Of a DNA stretch of 64,000 nucleotides, positions 49,069 through 58,662 are shown one piece after another. The stretch is from a bacterium (GTDB lineage: Bacteria > UBA8248). The position numbers and the translations under genes were made by a program. Position 1 is the stretch's first letter. Every line of letters starts with the position of its first letter. The notes beneath the pieces were generated by a model. The model had not been told where the DNA came from. It made no database searches and saw nothing but the letters and a program-made list of their open reading frames with translations. The DNA lies in assembly GCA_965219955.1 (NCBI GenBank), contig OZ244799.1, positions 2,176,001 to 2,240,000 of the forward strand. Direction: 5' to 3'.

Positions 49069-50411
49069 CTCATGGCGAAAAAGCCGTCAAGCCCGCTCCC
49101 CGGCGTAATCCTCAAGCTCCCGTCCGGCTCAAGATACCTCTTCGCGTCTTCGGGAAGAGCGCCCCCATCGCGTATGGGGACGAAGCCGGGCTCTCGAAAC
49201 GAAGCCACCACTTCCCCGGTTTCCTCGGGCTCATTCGTACAAACCGAATACACCAGTCTGCCGCCCCGGCGCACCGCACGGGCAGCACCCCGTAAAATCG
49301 CCGTCTGCCGACGCGCCTGCGCCTTCAGGTCCTCTTCCTGAAGCCGCCATCTCGCATCGGGATGCCGCCTGAAAACCCCCAGTCCACTGCACGGCGCATC
49401 CACGAGAACGAGGTCGAACGCTTCATGAAACGGCGGCCTCGCCGCATCCATCTTCGAGAGCCGAACGTCCGCCCGAATCCTAGCACAATTACGCCCGAGA
49501 AGAGCGAGGCGCCGAAGCGACCTATCCCCCGCTACGACGCGCCCTTCCTCCCCCACCGCCCAGACGAGACAAGCCGTTTTCCCGCCGGGGGCGGCGCAGG
49601 CATCGAGAACCCTCTCTCCAGGGGCGGCGCCTGCGAAACGCGACACCAGGCTCGAACTCTCATCCATGACGATGAATTTGCCCTCTCGCCAGGCCGCCGT
49701 ATCGCTGAAGCGCGTACCCGGCGCGCTCTCATCCGGCAGAAATACCAGACAGTCAGGGTCGGCGCATCCGGGCCGCGTCGCGACGCCTTCGCTCTCAAGT
49801 TCAGCCGCCAGACTCCGGGCGTTCGACGCCAGCGTATTTACGCGAAAGACGACGGGAGCCTCCTCGTTGTTCGCCCGGCAACGCCTGAGCGCCTCCTCTT
49901 CTCCGAGACTGCGCATCCAGCGTCTCACCAGCCACCTCGGGTGGGACTCCCAAAGCGTCAGGTAATCTTCGCTGCTTTCGGGCGGAGATACCTCATGCTC
50001 CCCCACCTTGCGCAAAACCGCGTTCACCAACCCTTTCGCCCAGCCCAGGTTCCGGCGGCCCAGCAGGGAAACCGCGCCGTCCACCGCGCTGTGCGCGGGC
50101 ACGCGGTCCATGAGCAAAAGCTGATAGGTCCCCAGCCGCAACGCTTCGCGCACGGGAGGGGCCACGTTCGGTTTTTCGAGAAAATGGCCGAAAACGAAAT
50201 CCAGACGCCCCCGCCACCTCAGGACGCCATAGACCAACTCGCGCAGAAACGCGCGGTCGCGCGCGTCGAAGTCCACTGATGAGAACCGCTCGACCAGTAG
50301 ATCCGCAGCGACGGGCGTTTTTTCGAAAGAAAGGAGAGCTGCGTGCGCCGCCCGGCGAACGAGGTCGGCGGAACGCGCGCTTTTCCCGCTGAGCGCGAGG
50401 TTCCTACTCAC
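49041..50411 (-). CDS. rsmB: 16S rRNA m5C967 methyltransferase
   Basis: NusB-like N-terminus; DACAAPGGKT, DAPCSGLG and YSVCT motifs. Confidence 0.95.
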   Translation of the reverse strand: MSRNLALSGKSARSADLVRRAAHAALLSFEKTPVAADLLVERFSSVDFDARDRAFLRELVYGVLRWRGRLDFVFGHFLEKPNVAPPVREALRLGTYQLLLMDRVPAHSAVDGAVSLLGRRNLGWAKGLVNAVLRKVGEHEVSPPESSEDYLTLWESHPRWLVRRWMRSLGEEEALRRCRANNEEAPVVFRVNTLASNARSLAAELESEGVATRPGCADPDCLVFLPDESAPGTRFSDTAAWREGKFIVMDESSSLVSRFAGAAPGERVLDACAAPGGKTACLVWAVGEEGRVVAGDRSLRRLALLGRNCARIRADVRLSKMDAARPPFHEAFDLVLVDAPCSGLGVFRRHPDARWRLQEEDLKAQARRQTAILRGAARAVRRGGRLVYSVCTNEPEETGEVVASFREPGFVPIRDGGALPEDAKRYLEPDGSLRITPGSGLDGFFAMSWRKEGGNC

Positions 50412-51355
50412 GCGCCCTCTCCGAGCACGAGGCCGGGCCGGCAGGGGTATCCCCTCGCGAATGCGCCCCCATCCATCTTCTTCTTGCCCGGCGGCTGGAT
50501 TTCGAGGATCACCAGATCACCCTCGCCCGCCGCCACTCGGATTCCCGCGCCCTCGGGCGATTCACCGAGTCCCAGAACCTCACCGGGGGCTCCGCCGGAC
50601 CCTTCCACAACCGGCCAGGCCCGCCATATCCGCACCGGACCGCTCTCTATCTCCGGCCACGTGGTCTCGGCCACCGGCCAGGGGTTGAGCCCCCGGATCA
50701 GTCTGTCGAGACGGCTCGCAGGCAGGCGCCAATCGAGTTTCGCTTCATCTTTCTGGAGTTTTTCCGCATAGGTGACCAGGGATTCATCCTGCGGCTCCTC
50801 CGTGGCCTCGCCTTTTTCGAGCGCGAGAAGCGTCGCCACCATCTGCTCCGCACCCAGAGCGGCCAGCTTGTCGTGCAGGGAGCCTGAGGTGTCCCTCAGC
50901 CCGATGGGCAGTGAGCGGCGCGCGAGCACCGCGCCGGCGTCGAGTTCGGGCGCGACCCGCATCACGCAGACCCCGGTCTCGGAATCGCCTTCGAGAAGGG
51001 CGCGCTGGATCGGCGCGGCGCCCCGCCAGCGCGGAAGAAGGGATGGGTGCAGGTTCAACAGCCCCGAGCGGGGAACGTCCAGCAGTTTCCTGCTCAGAAT
51101 CTGCCCGTAAGCCGCCACTATCCCTAAGTCGGGGCGAAACTCCGCGACGTCGGTCGAGCGGACCTTCTCGGGCTGCAGCACGGGAAGACCGGCCTCGAGC
51201 GCGCACGTCTTGACGGGCGGCGGCGTCAGTCGGCGGCCTCTGCCGGCGGGCCTGTCCGGCTGCGTGAAGACGGCCGCCACCTCGACGGGCGAGGCCGTCA
51301 GCGCGCGAAGCGTGGGCACGGCGAATTCGGATGTGCCGAAAAAGACAGCCCGCAT
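50408..51355 (-). CDS. fmt: Methionyl-tRNA formyltransferase
   Basis: TQPDRPAGRG and NLHPSLLPRWRGAAPIQ motifs. Confidence 0.97.
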   Translation of the reverse strand: MRAVFFGTSEFAVPTLRALTASPVEVAAVFTQPDRPAGRGRRLTPPPVKTCALEAGLPVLQPEKVRSTDVAEFRPDLGIVAAYGQILSRKLLDVPRSGLLNLHPSLLPRWRGAAPIQRALLEGDSETGVCVMRVAPELDAGAVLARRSLPIGLRDTSGSLHDKLAALGAEQMVATLLALEKGEATEEPQDESLVTYAEKLQKDEAKLDWRLPASRLDRLIRGLNPWPVAETTWPEIESGPVRIWRAWPVVEGSGGAPGEVLGLGESPEGAGIRVAAGEGDLVILEIQPPGKKKMDGGAFARGYPCRPGLVLGEGA

Positions 51356-51439
51356 GGATTCCTCCCGATAAAAACCGCAATGCCCGCCAAAACGCGCGCG
51401 GATCGACGCAAAAATATAGCACGAGCGAAACGGGGATTC

Positions 51440-51949
51440 CTAAGAGGCGGCCCTGGCCTGTTTCTTGAGGCGGCGCTTCACGAGGTCGCGCTTCGTCTTG
51501 TTGAGGTGATCGAGGATGAGTTTGCCGTCCAGATGATCGATTTCATGCTGTAAGACGAAGGCGAGAACCCCGCGCGCGTCGAGAACGACTTCCTCGCCCT
51601 CCAGGTTCAGCGCGCGCACGCGCACCGCCTCGCGGCGGCGGATTTTCTCGGTGACGCCCGGAATCGAGAGGCAGCCCTCCTCTACGACACGCTCGCCGGA
51701 GGCGCTTTCGATCTCGGGGTTGACGAGAAAATGGACCTGCTTGGGGTCTTTCCCGAGCGAGACGTCGACCACGATGAGCCGGATGTTCTCCCCCACTTGG
51801 GGGGCGGCAAGGCCGACGCCGGGCGCATCGTTCATGGTGGCGAGCATCGCGCGCGCGAGTTCCGCCGTCCGCTCCGTGACGCGCTCGACAGGGAGGCATC
51901 TCCGGCGAAGGGCGGGCGCCGGGTATTTGAGAATTTTCAGAACGGCCAT
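51440..51949 (-). CDS. def: Peptide deformylase
   Basis: GVGLAAPQVG, EGCLS and QHEIDHLDG motifs. Confidence 0.97.
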   Translation of the reverse strand: MAVLKILKYPAPALRRRCLPVERVTERTAELARAMLATMNDAPGVGLAAPQVGENIRLIVVDVSLGKDPKQVHFLVNPEIESASGERVVEEGCLSIPGVTEKIRRREAVRVRALNLEGEEVVLDARGVLAFVLQHEIDHLDGKLILDHLNKTKRDLVKRRLKKQARAAS

Positions 51950-52424
51950 GAGAGGTTCCCCGGTGAAACGGACGCGCAACCGGCACTACCGCCGTGCCGG
52001 TTTTCCATCATGTAACCCATCCTAAACGCGGAATCAAATTCTTGGGCTTAATTCGAGCGATGAGGGAGGGATTCTCCCCATCAAGGGGGCGAAATCCTGG
52101 CAGAAAAAAAAATGAAGGAGGCTTGCGCCCCAATGAGGTCGAGTCGGGCCGGGAGCGGAACGGCGGTCGGACCTCCGGAAGGGCATCGCAGGTGCGTGGG
52201 GCGTGACATCCAGGCCGCCCCGACGGACCGGGACGACCAGTTTACTTCAGACACCATCATCGGGCGGAACAGCCGCCGCGAGGATAACGCGGCGGCTGCC
52301 GGTCGCGGTATCGGGTCCGGCGGGCCCGACCAGAGAAAAAGGCCGCGCCGCCGGTACGACATGGCTCTTGATGTACTCTGCCGGCGCGCAGCGCAGCGGT
52401 CAACTCAAGCATGCCGGGATTCAC

Positions 52425-53180
52425 TCAACGGGCACGGATCACAAAGAACTCGTAGCCATAGAACTCCGAGTAGGCATGCCAGATGTCTAATTCCCTCTGG
52501 CACTGATCCGCCAACTCCTGTGCGTCCGGCGCGTCGTGGTGACGCTTGCGGAACCTGGTCACGTTGTCCTGCAGCGGCCGATAGTAGTCGTCCCACCATG
52601 CGGACGCGGGGAGTGGAAAGTGCCCGACCGTCTCGTAGCCGCACCCCTCGATGGCTTCCTGGAGTGCGGAAGTGTCGCGGATATCCGGGTACTCCCGGCT
52701 CCAGAACGCCGCGCAAGCGGCGGGCGGTCCGGTCTTCCGCCAGCACACCTCCGTCAGCGCGACGTGCCCGCTTCGCCGCAGCAACCGGCGCCAGCCGCGC
52801 AGGCCCGCTTCGAGGCCCATGTTGTAGATGGCGCCTTCGCACCAGATCAGGTCGAAGGAACCGTCGTCGAAGTCGAGTCGGCGCATGTCCGCCACGCGGG
52901 CTTCCAGTCGATCCGCGACCCCCAGTTCATGCGCCTTGCGGTTCAGCGCGTCGATGAACGGGGGGTGGATGTCGACGGCGACGATGCGCGCCGGCGAGCT
53001 GTCCGCCAGAACCAATGTCTGGGCGCCGGTCCCGCAACCGACGTCGAGCACGCGGGTCCGCGGCCCGACATCCGGGACGAGCCCGAGGGCCCGGCGCGTG
53101 CTTGCTGCCGTTCCCGGTCCCTGCCGGGGCAGCCCGCTGAACAGTTCGTAGAACAGCGATGTGGCCCGGTCGGGCGGCAT
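52425..53180 (-). CDS. Class I SAM-dependent methyltransferase
   Basis: LPRQGPG, VLDVGCGTG and FDLIWCEGAIY motifs; AAGGAG RBS before ATG 53180. Confidence 0.92.
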   Translation of the reverse strand: MPPDRATSLFYELFSGLPRQGPGTAASTRRALGLVPDVGPRTRVLDVGCGTGAQTLVLADSSPARIVAVDIHPPFIDALNRKAHELGVADRLEARVADMRRLDFDDGSFDLIWCEGAIYNMGLEAGLRGWRRLLRRSGHVALTEVCWRKTGPPAACAAFWSREYPDIRDTSALQEAIEGCGYETVGHFPLPASAWWDDYYRPLQDNVTRFRKRHHDAPDAQELADQCQRELDIWHAYSEFYGYEFFVIRAR

Positions 53181-53432
53181 GAACACTCCTTTAGATAGTC
53201 TTCGAGACGGGCCGGACGCAGGCAGACGAAAACCGATGAAGGCCAACAGGCCGGCCCTGCGGATCCCAATAGAATGTATGAGGCGTTCTGAATCGGCGCA
53301 AGAGCGTGCCCAGCCAGCGGTCGTCCATTCATCCGAAGGGGCGCCAGCGACCGGGGATGTATGTGGTGTTGTTGACCTCCTTTGTGGCCATATCCATAAT
53401 GACCGCGTCACAGAAGCAAGGGGAATTCGGTC

Positions 53433-54569
53433 ATGACCCAATGGCTCGGCATCGGCCACCTTTTCGAGCTTTCCCGGACGGAAGCGATTTTGGGGTTTTT
53501 CACCCCGCTGGCGGTTTTCGCCGCCTTTTTCGTGGCGCAGTTCGTCTTGCCGGGAAGGTGGGTACCCGGCTACGTCATCGACCCGCAGACCGGCGAGCCC
53601 CGCAAATACCGGCTGAACGGCATTCTGGTGTTTCTGGTCGCCGAGATCGTCTGGGCTCTCGAACTCACCGGGATGCCGCGCGACTGGTTCTACCGCTCCA
53701 CCATCTACGCCGTGGCAGGCGGAACGGTCTTCACCGCCATCTTCGCCGTCATCGCGGTGTTCAGCCAGCCGGAAGGCAGGATAAAGAACCCGTTCCTGGC
53801 ATTGTGGGACGGGCGGGCCCGGGAGTTTTCGTTCTTTGGCAACCGCTTCGACGTAAAGATGTATTTATACGTCGTCGGCGGGACGATGCTCTCACTCAAC
53901 GCCCTCTCCGGGATGGCTTACCACATAGAGCGCTTCGGAGCAGACTCGAACCCGGGCGTTATCCTCTATGCGGGGTTCTTCACGTTCTACGTGCTGGACT
54001 ATTTCATCTTCGAGCGCGTCCAACTGTATACCTACGATCTGATCCATGAAAACCTCAGCTTCAAGCTGCTCTGGGGCGGCCTCGTGGTCTACGGGTGGAT
54101 GTTCATCCTCCCGCTCTGGGGGATGGCCGCTTATCCGAACCCGGGGTTCCCGCCGGGGTGGACGTATTTCTGGCTCATCGGGACGACCGCGCTGTTCCTG
54201 TTCGGCTGGGGCATCTCGCGCGGCGCGAACCTGCAGAAATACACGTTCAAGCGCTGGCCCGAGCGCAAGTTTCTCGGCATCGAGCCCGTCTACATCAAGG
54301 CCGGCGAGCGCAAGATCCTCTGCAGCGGCCTGTGGGGCGTCGCCCGGCACTTCAACTACATGGGCGAAGGGTTTCTTTCCTTTTCCATCGCCCTGGCGTT
54401 CGGCCACTTCACGAATCCCTGGGCCTGGACCTACTTCGTATTCATCGTCTCGCTGTTCACCTGCCGGCAAAGGTATGACGATGCGTACTGCGCCGAGAAA
54501 TACGGACCCGAAAAATGGGCGGAGTACCAGAAAAGGGTGAAGTACCGGATTGTTCCCGGCGTGTATTGA
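53433..54569 (+). CDS. ERG4/ERG24-family sterol reductase-like membrane protein
   Basis: Multi-TM protein with YRLNG, LCSGLWGVARHFNYMGE and RQRYDD..C.EKYG..W.EY..RVKYRIVPGVY, the ERG4/ERG24/DHCR7 C-terminal signatures. Confidence 0.88.
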   Translation: MTQWLGIGHLFELSRTEAILGFFTPLAVFAAFFVAQFVLPGRWVPGYVIDPQTGEPRKYRLNGILVFLVAEIVWALELTGMPRDWFYRSTIYAVAGGTVFTAIFAVIAVFSQPEGRIKNPFLALWDGRAREFSFFGNRFDVKMYLYVVGGTMLSLNALSGMAYHIERFGADSNPGVILYAGFFTFYVLDYFIFERVQLYTYDLIHENLSFKLLWGGLVVYGWMFILPLWGMAAYPNPGFPPGWTYFWLIGTTALFLFGWGISRGANLQKYTFKRWPERKFLGIEPVYIKAGERKILCSGLWGVARHFNYMGEGFLSFSIALAFGHFTNPWAWTYFVFIVSLFTCRQRYDDAYCAEKYGPEKWAEYQKRVKYRIVPGVY

Positions 54570-54914
54570 GACCGCCCGCCGCGGAGTCCATGCAGGGCGG
54601 CTGTGACGAATTGACCGGACTTGCATGAAGTCGGCAAATGCCGCGAGCCATGACGAGGCGCTTCTACCCGGTACCGGGTCAGCGGGGAGGATAGAAGGTG
54701 CCGCCGCAGATTGGCTTACGCATCGAGGGCGATCGCGCCCTTACCGTGAAGGACGAAACTGGTCGACGGCCTGGCCGCCAACCTTGGCGAGCGCCGGTTT
54801 GGCGCAGGTTTTCGACCCCGATAATTCAAGAGACGCCAACAGGTCCAGACGGTTACCGGAGCCCGAACCGCGGACGGGCAGACGAGAGTTCCGCGAAAGC
54901 GCTGAGGGAGCGTT

Positions 54915-57900
54915 ATGATTAACCAGCCGCAGACCAATTTCCGCCGGATCCTCGTCGCCAACCGGAGCGAGATCGCCATCCGCGTGTTCCGCGCCTCGGT
55001 CGAACTCGGCATCGAGACTATCGCGATCTATTCACAAGAAGACCGCTTCGCGCTGCACCGCTTCAAGGCGGACGAGGCCTACCTGGTGGGCCGGGGGATG
55101 GGGCCGATCGAGGCCTATCTCAACATCGAGGAGGTCATACGCGTCGCGCGAGAGAACGCCGCCGATGCGATCCACCCCGGCTACGGCTTCATGGCCGAAA
55201 ACCCCGACTTCGCCGATGCGTGCGCGGACGCGGGCGTCGCCTTCGTCGGCCCGAGTCCCGATATCCTGCGCGCGCTCGGCAACAAGGTGGCGGCGCGCGA
55301 ACTTGCGGTGTCGGCGGGCGTTCCGGTGGTTCCGGCGACCGGCCCGCTCCCCCGGGACCCGGATGAGGCCGCGCGACTCGCCCGCGAAGTCGGTTTCCCC
55401 GTCATGCTCAAGGCGAGCTGGGGCGGCGGCGGGCGCGGCATGCGCACGATCGAGAGCGAGGCCGAGTTCGCCGATGCAGTCGAGGCCGCGCGGCGCGAGT
55501 GCCTGGCGGCGTTCGGCAACGACGAGGTCTATCTCGAAAAGCTGATTCGCCGCGCGCGCCACGTCGAGGTACAGATCCTCGGCGACAACCACGGCAACCT
55601 GGTGCACCTCCACGAGCGGGACTGCTCGGTGCAGCGGCGCAACCAGAAGATCGTCGAGCAGGCGCCGGCGCACTATCTCGATGCGGCGACCCGCGCGGCG
55701 ATCCACGAGAGCGCGCTCAAGATCGGCCGCGCGGTGGGCTACAACAACGCCGGCACCGTCGAGTTCCTGGTCGACGACGACACCGGCGCGTTCCACTTCA
55801 TCGAGGTCAATCCGCGCATCCAGGTCGAGCACACGGTCACCGAGGTGGTGACCGGCGTCGACCTCGTGCAGGCGCAGATCCGCATCGCAGGCGGGGCCGC
55901 TATCGGTAAGCCTGAGAGCGGCATCCCGGGCCAGGACGAGATTCGTGTGAACGGACACGCCATGCAATGCCGGGTGACCACCGAGGACCCGGAGAACAAT
56001 TTCATTCCGGATTACGGCGTGCTCACCAACTATCGCGGCGCCACGGGGTTCGGCATACGCCTGGACGGCGGCACCGCCTATTCGGGCGCGCGGATCACGC
56101 CGTATTACGACTCGCTGCTCGAGAAGGTGACGGCCTGGGCGCCGACGTTCGAAGAGGCGATCCGGCGGATGAGGCGGGCGATCGTCGAATTCCGCATCCG
56201 CGGCGTCGCCACCAACCTCGCCTTTCTCGATAACGTCATCAGCCATCCGCGGTTCCTCGAAGGCGCCTGCACGACGCGCTTCGTCGACGAGACGCCGGAA
56301 CTGTTCCACTTCGAATACAGGCGGGACCGCGCAACCCGGCTGCTACGCTACCTGGGAGAAGTCGTCGTCAACGGCAACGGCGCCGTCGAAGGCCGGGCCA
56401 AACCGCCGACGCACCGGACGCCGAGCGCGCCCGAGGCTCCCGGCGTCGAGGTCCCGGACGGCACGCGCCAACTGCTCGATGAACTCGGGCCCGAGGCTTT
56501 CGCACAGTGGATGCTCGACCAGGAGCGGGTGCTGATGACCGACACCACGTTCCGGGACGCGCACCAGTCGCTTCTGGCGACGCGGGTGCGGAGCTACGAC
56601 CTGGTCGCCGTCGCGCCGTTCTACGCGCGGCTTTTGCCCCAGCTTTTCTCGGTCGAGTGCTGGGGCGGGGCTACCTTCGACGTGGCGATGCGCTTCTTGA
56701 ACGAATGTCCCTGGACAACGCTCGAACGGCTGCGCGCCGCGATGCCCAACCTCCTGACCCAGATGCTGCTGCGCGCCTCGAACGGCGTCGGCTACACCAC
56801 CTACCCCGACAACGTGGTGCGCTATTTCGTTCGCCAATCGGCAGAGAACGGCATCGACATCTTCCGCATCTTCGATTCGCTCAACTGGGTCGAGAACATG
56901 CGGCCGTCGATGGACGCGGTGCTGGAGACCGGCAAGCTCTGCGAGGCGGCGATCTGCTACACCGGCGACATCACCGACCCGGGCCTCACGAAGTACGACC
57001 TCAAATACTATGTCGCGCTCGCCCGCGAACTCGAGGCCGCGGGCGCCCACATCCTGGGCCTCAAGGACATGGCGGGCCTGTGCAAGCCTGCGGCGGCCCG
57101 GCTCCTCGTCGAGACCCTGAAACAGGAGATCGGCATTCCCATCCACTTCCACACCCACGACACCAGCGGGATTTCCGCGGCAAGCGTGCTCGCCGCGGCC
57201 GAGGCCGGGGTCGACGCCGTGGATGCGGCGATGGATTCGATGAGCGGACTCACCTCGCAGCCGAGCTTCGGCTCGATCACCGCGGCTTTGCGCCACTCCC
57301 CGCGCGACCCCGGAATCGACCCCGATACGGTGATGACGCTCTCCACCTACTGGGAGCAGGTGCGCAACCAGTACCGCGCCTTCGAGAGCGAATTCCGCGC
57401 CGGCACGTCGGACGTCTACAACCACGGAATCCCGGGCGGCCAGTACACCAACCTGCGCGAGCAGGCGCGCGCGCTGGGCATCGACAACCAGCGCTGGCCG
57501 GAGGTCTCGCGGGCCTTCGCCGAGGTCAACCGCATGTTCGGCGACATCGTGAAGGTGACGCCCTCCTCCAAGGTGGTCGGCGACATGGCGCTGATGATGG
57601 TGACGGGCGGGCTGACGCCCGAAGACGTGGCCGACCCCGAGCGCGAGATCGCCTTTCCCGAATCGGTGGTCTCGCTGTTCGCGGGCGAGCTGGGGCAGCC
57701 GCATGGCGGCTTCCCGCGCGCCCTGCAGGAGAAGATCCTCAAAGACAGGGAGCCGATCACCGTGCGGCCCGGCTCGGTGCTGCCCGACGCCGACCTCGAA
57801 GCCTGCCGCGAGGAAGCCGAAAAAGACGCCCAGCGCCCGATCAGCGACGCCGAGTTCGCCTCCTGGCTGATGTATCCGCAGGTTTTCACCGACTACGCGG

Positions 57901-58379
57901 CGGCGCGGCGCGATTACAGCGACGTGAGCGTACTGCCGACGCCGGTTTATTTCTACGGCATGGAGCCGGACGAGGAGATCGCCGTCGACATTGAGCGCGG
58001 GCGCACCCTGTTCATCCACTATGTCGCGCGCAGCGAGACCGACCAGAAGGGCGAATGCACGGTCTTCTTCGAGTTGAACGGGCAGCCTCGGACGGTGCGC
58101 GTCGCCGACCGCAGCGCCGCCGCGGCAGTCACGGAACTGCCCAAGGCCGAGGAAGGCGACCCCGGCCACGCCGGCGCGCCGATGCCGGGGATGGTGACCA
58201 AGGTGTTCTTTGGTGAGGGCGAGGCAGTCGATGAGGGCGACGTGCTGGTGGCGATCGAGGCGATGAAGATGGAAACCGTTATCCGCGCCGAACGCGGCGG
58301 CGTCGTTTCGAGGGTCGTCGCGCCGGTCGGCACCACCGTCGACACCAAGGATCTGCTCGTCGTCGTCGGCGACGCCTGA
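54915..58379 (+). CDS. pyc: Pyruvate carboxylase (single chain)
   Basis: Biotin carboxylase (ANRSEIA, GGGGRGMR), carboxyltransferase (RDAHQSL, HFHTHD) and biotinyl (EAMKM) domains. Confidence 0.98.
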   Translation: MINQPQTNFRRILVANRSEIAIRVFRASVELGIETIAIYSQEDRFALHRFKADEAYLVGRGMGPIEAYLNIEEVIRVARENAADAIHPGYGFMAENPDFADACADAGVAFVGPSPDILRALGNKVAARELAVSAGVPVVPATGPLPRDPDEAARLAREVGFPVMLKASWGGGGRGMRTIESEAEFADAVEAARRECLAAFGNDEVYLEKLIRRARHVEVQILGDNHGNLVHLHERDCSVQRRNQKIVEQAPAHYLDAATRAAIHESALKIGRAVGYNNAGTVEFLVDDDTGAFHFIEVNPRIQVEHTVTEVVTGVDLVQAQIRIAGGAAIGKPESGIPGQDEIRVNGHAMQCRVTTEDPENNFIPDYGVLTNYRGATGFGIRLDGGTAYSGARITPYYDSLLEKVTAWAPTFEEAIRRMRRAIVEFRIRGVATNLAFLDNVISHPRFLEGACTTRFVDETPELFHFEYRRDRATRLLRYLGEVVVNGNGAVEGRAKPPTHRTPSAPEAPGVEVPDGTRQLLDELGPEAFAQWMLDQERVLMTDTTFRDAHQSLLATRVRSYDLVAVAPFYARLLPQLFSVECWGGATFDVAMRFLNECPWTTLERLRAAMPNLLTQMLLRASNGVGYTTYPDNVVRYFVRQSAENGIDIFRIFDSLNWVENMRPSMDAVLETGKLCEAAICYTGDITDPGLTKYDLKYYVALARELEAAGAHILGLKDMAGLCKPAAARLLVETLKQEIGIPIHFHTHDTSGISAASVLAAAEAGVDAVDAAMDSMSGLTSQPSFGSITAALRHSPRDPGIDPDTVMTLSTYWEQVRNQYRAFESEFRAGTSDVYNHGIPGGQYTNLREQARALGIDNQRWPEVSRAFAEVNRMFGDIVKVTPSSKVVGDMALMMVTGGLTPEDVADPEREIAFPESVVSLFAGELGQPHGGFPRALQEKILKDREPITVRPGSVLPDADLEACREEAEKDAQRPISDAEFASWLMYPQVFTDYAAARRDYSDVSVLPTPVYFYGMEPDEEIAVDIERGRTLFIHYVARSETDQKGECTVFFELNGQPRTVRVADRSAAAAVTELPKAEEGDPGHAGAPMPGMVTKVFFGEGEAVDEGDVLVAIEAMKMETVIRAERGGVVSRVVAPVGTTVDTKDLLVVVGDA

Positions 58380-58662
58380 CGCGCCGGGCCGGAGGACCGC
58401 AAACCGGGGGAGGAGAAACCTGCCTCGCGAGCTCAGGGCAAAGAGGTTCCGCTCGCATCGGCACCCGGCCTTCCCCACGCAGCGCCTCGTCTCGCGCAGC
58501 TACACGAACCCCGAGAAATCGCTCGCCGCGAACCATGGAGCGTCGGACGCCGGCGATGGAGAAGACCCGATCGGATCGGGGGATGGAGTTACAGGAAAAC
58601 CGCATTCATGATCGACCGGATTCCGCTCCACCCTCTCTCCCTGAACATTCTCAAACGGACCC

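Noticed and set aside
52085-52132. GGGGGCGAAA... resembling a tmRNA 5' end
   Set aside because: It lacks the following GGxTTCGAC motif and a tRNA-like 3' end; it is only a GGGGCG/CGCCCC hairpin.
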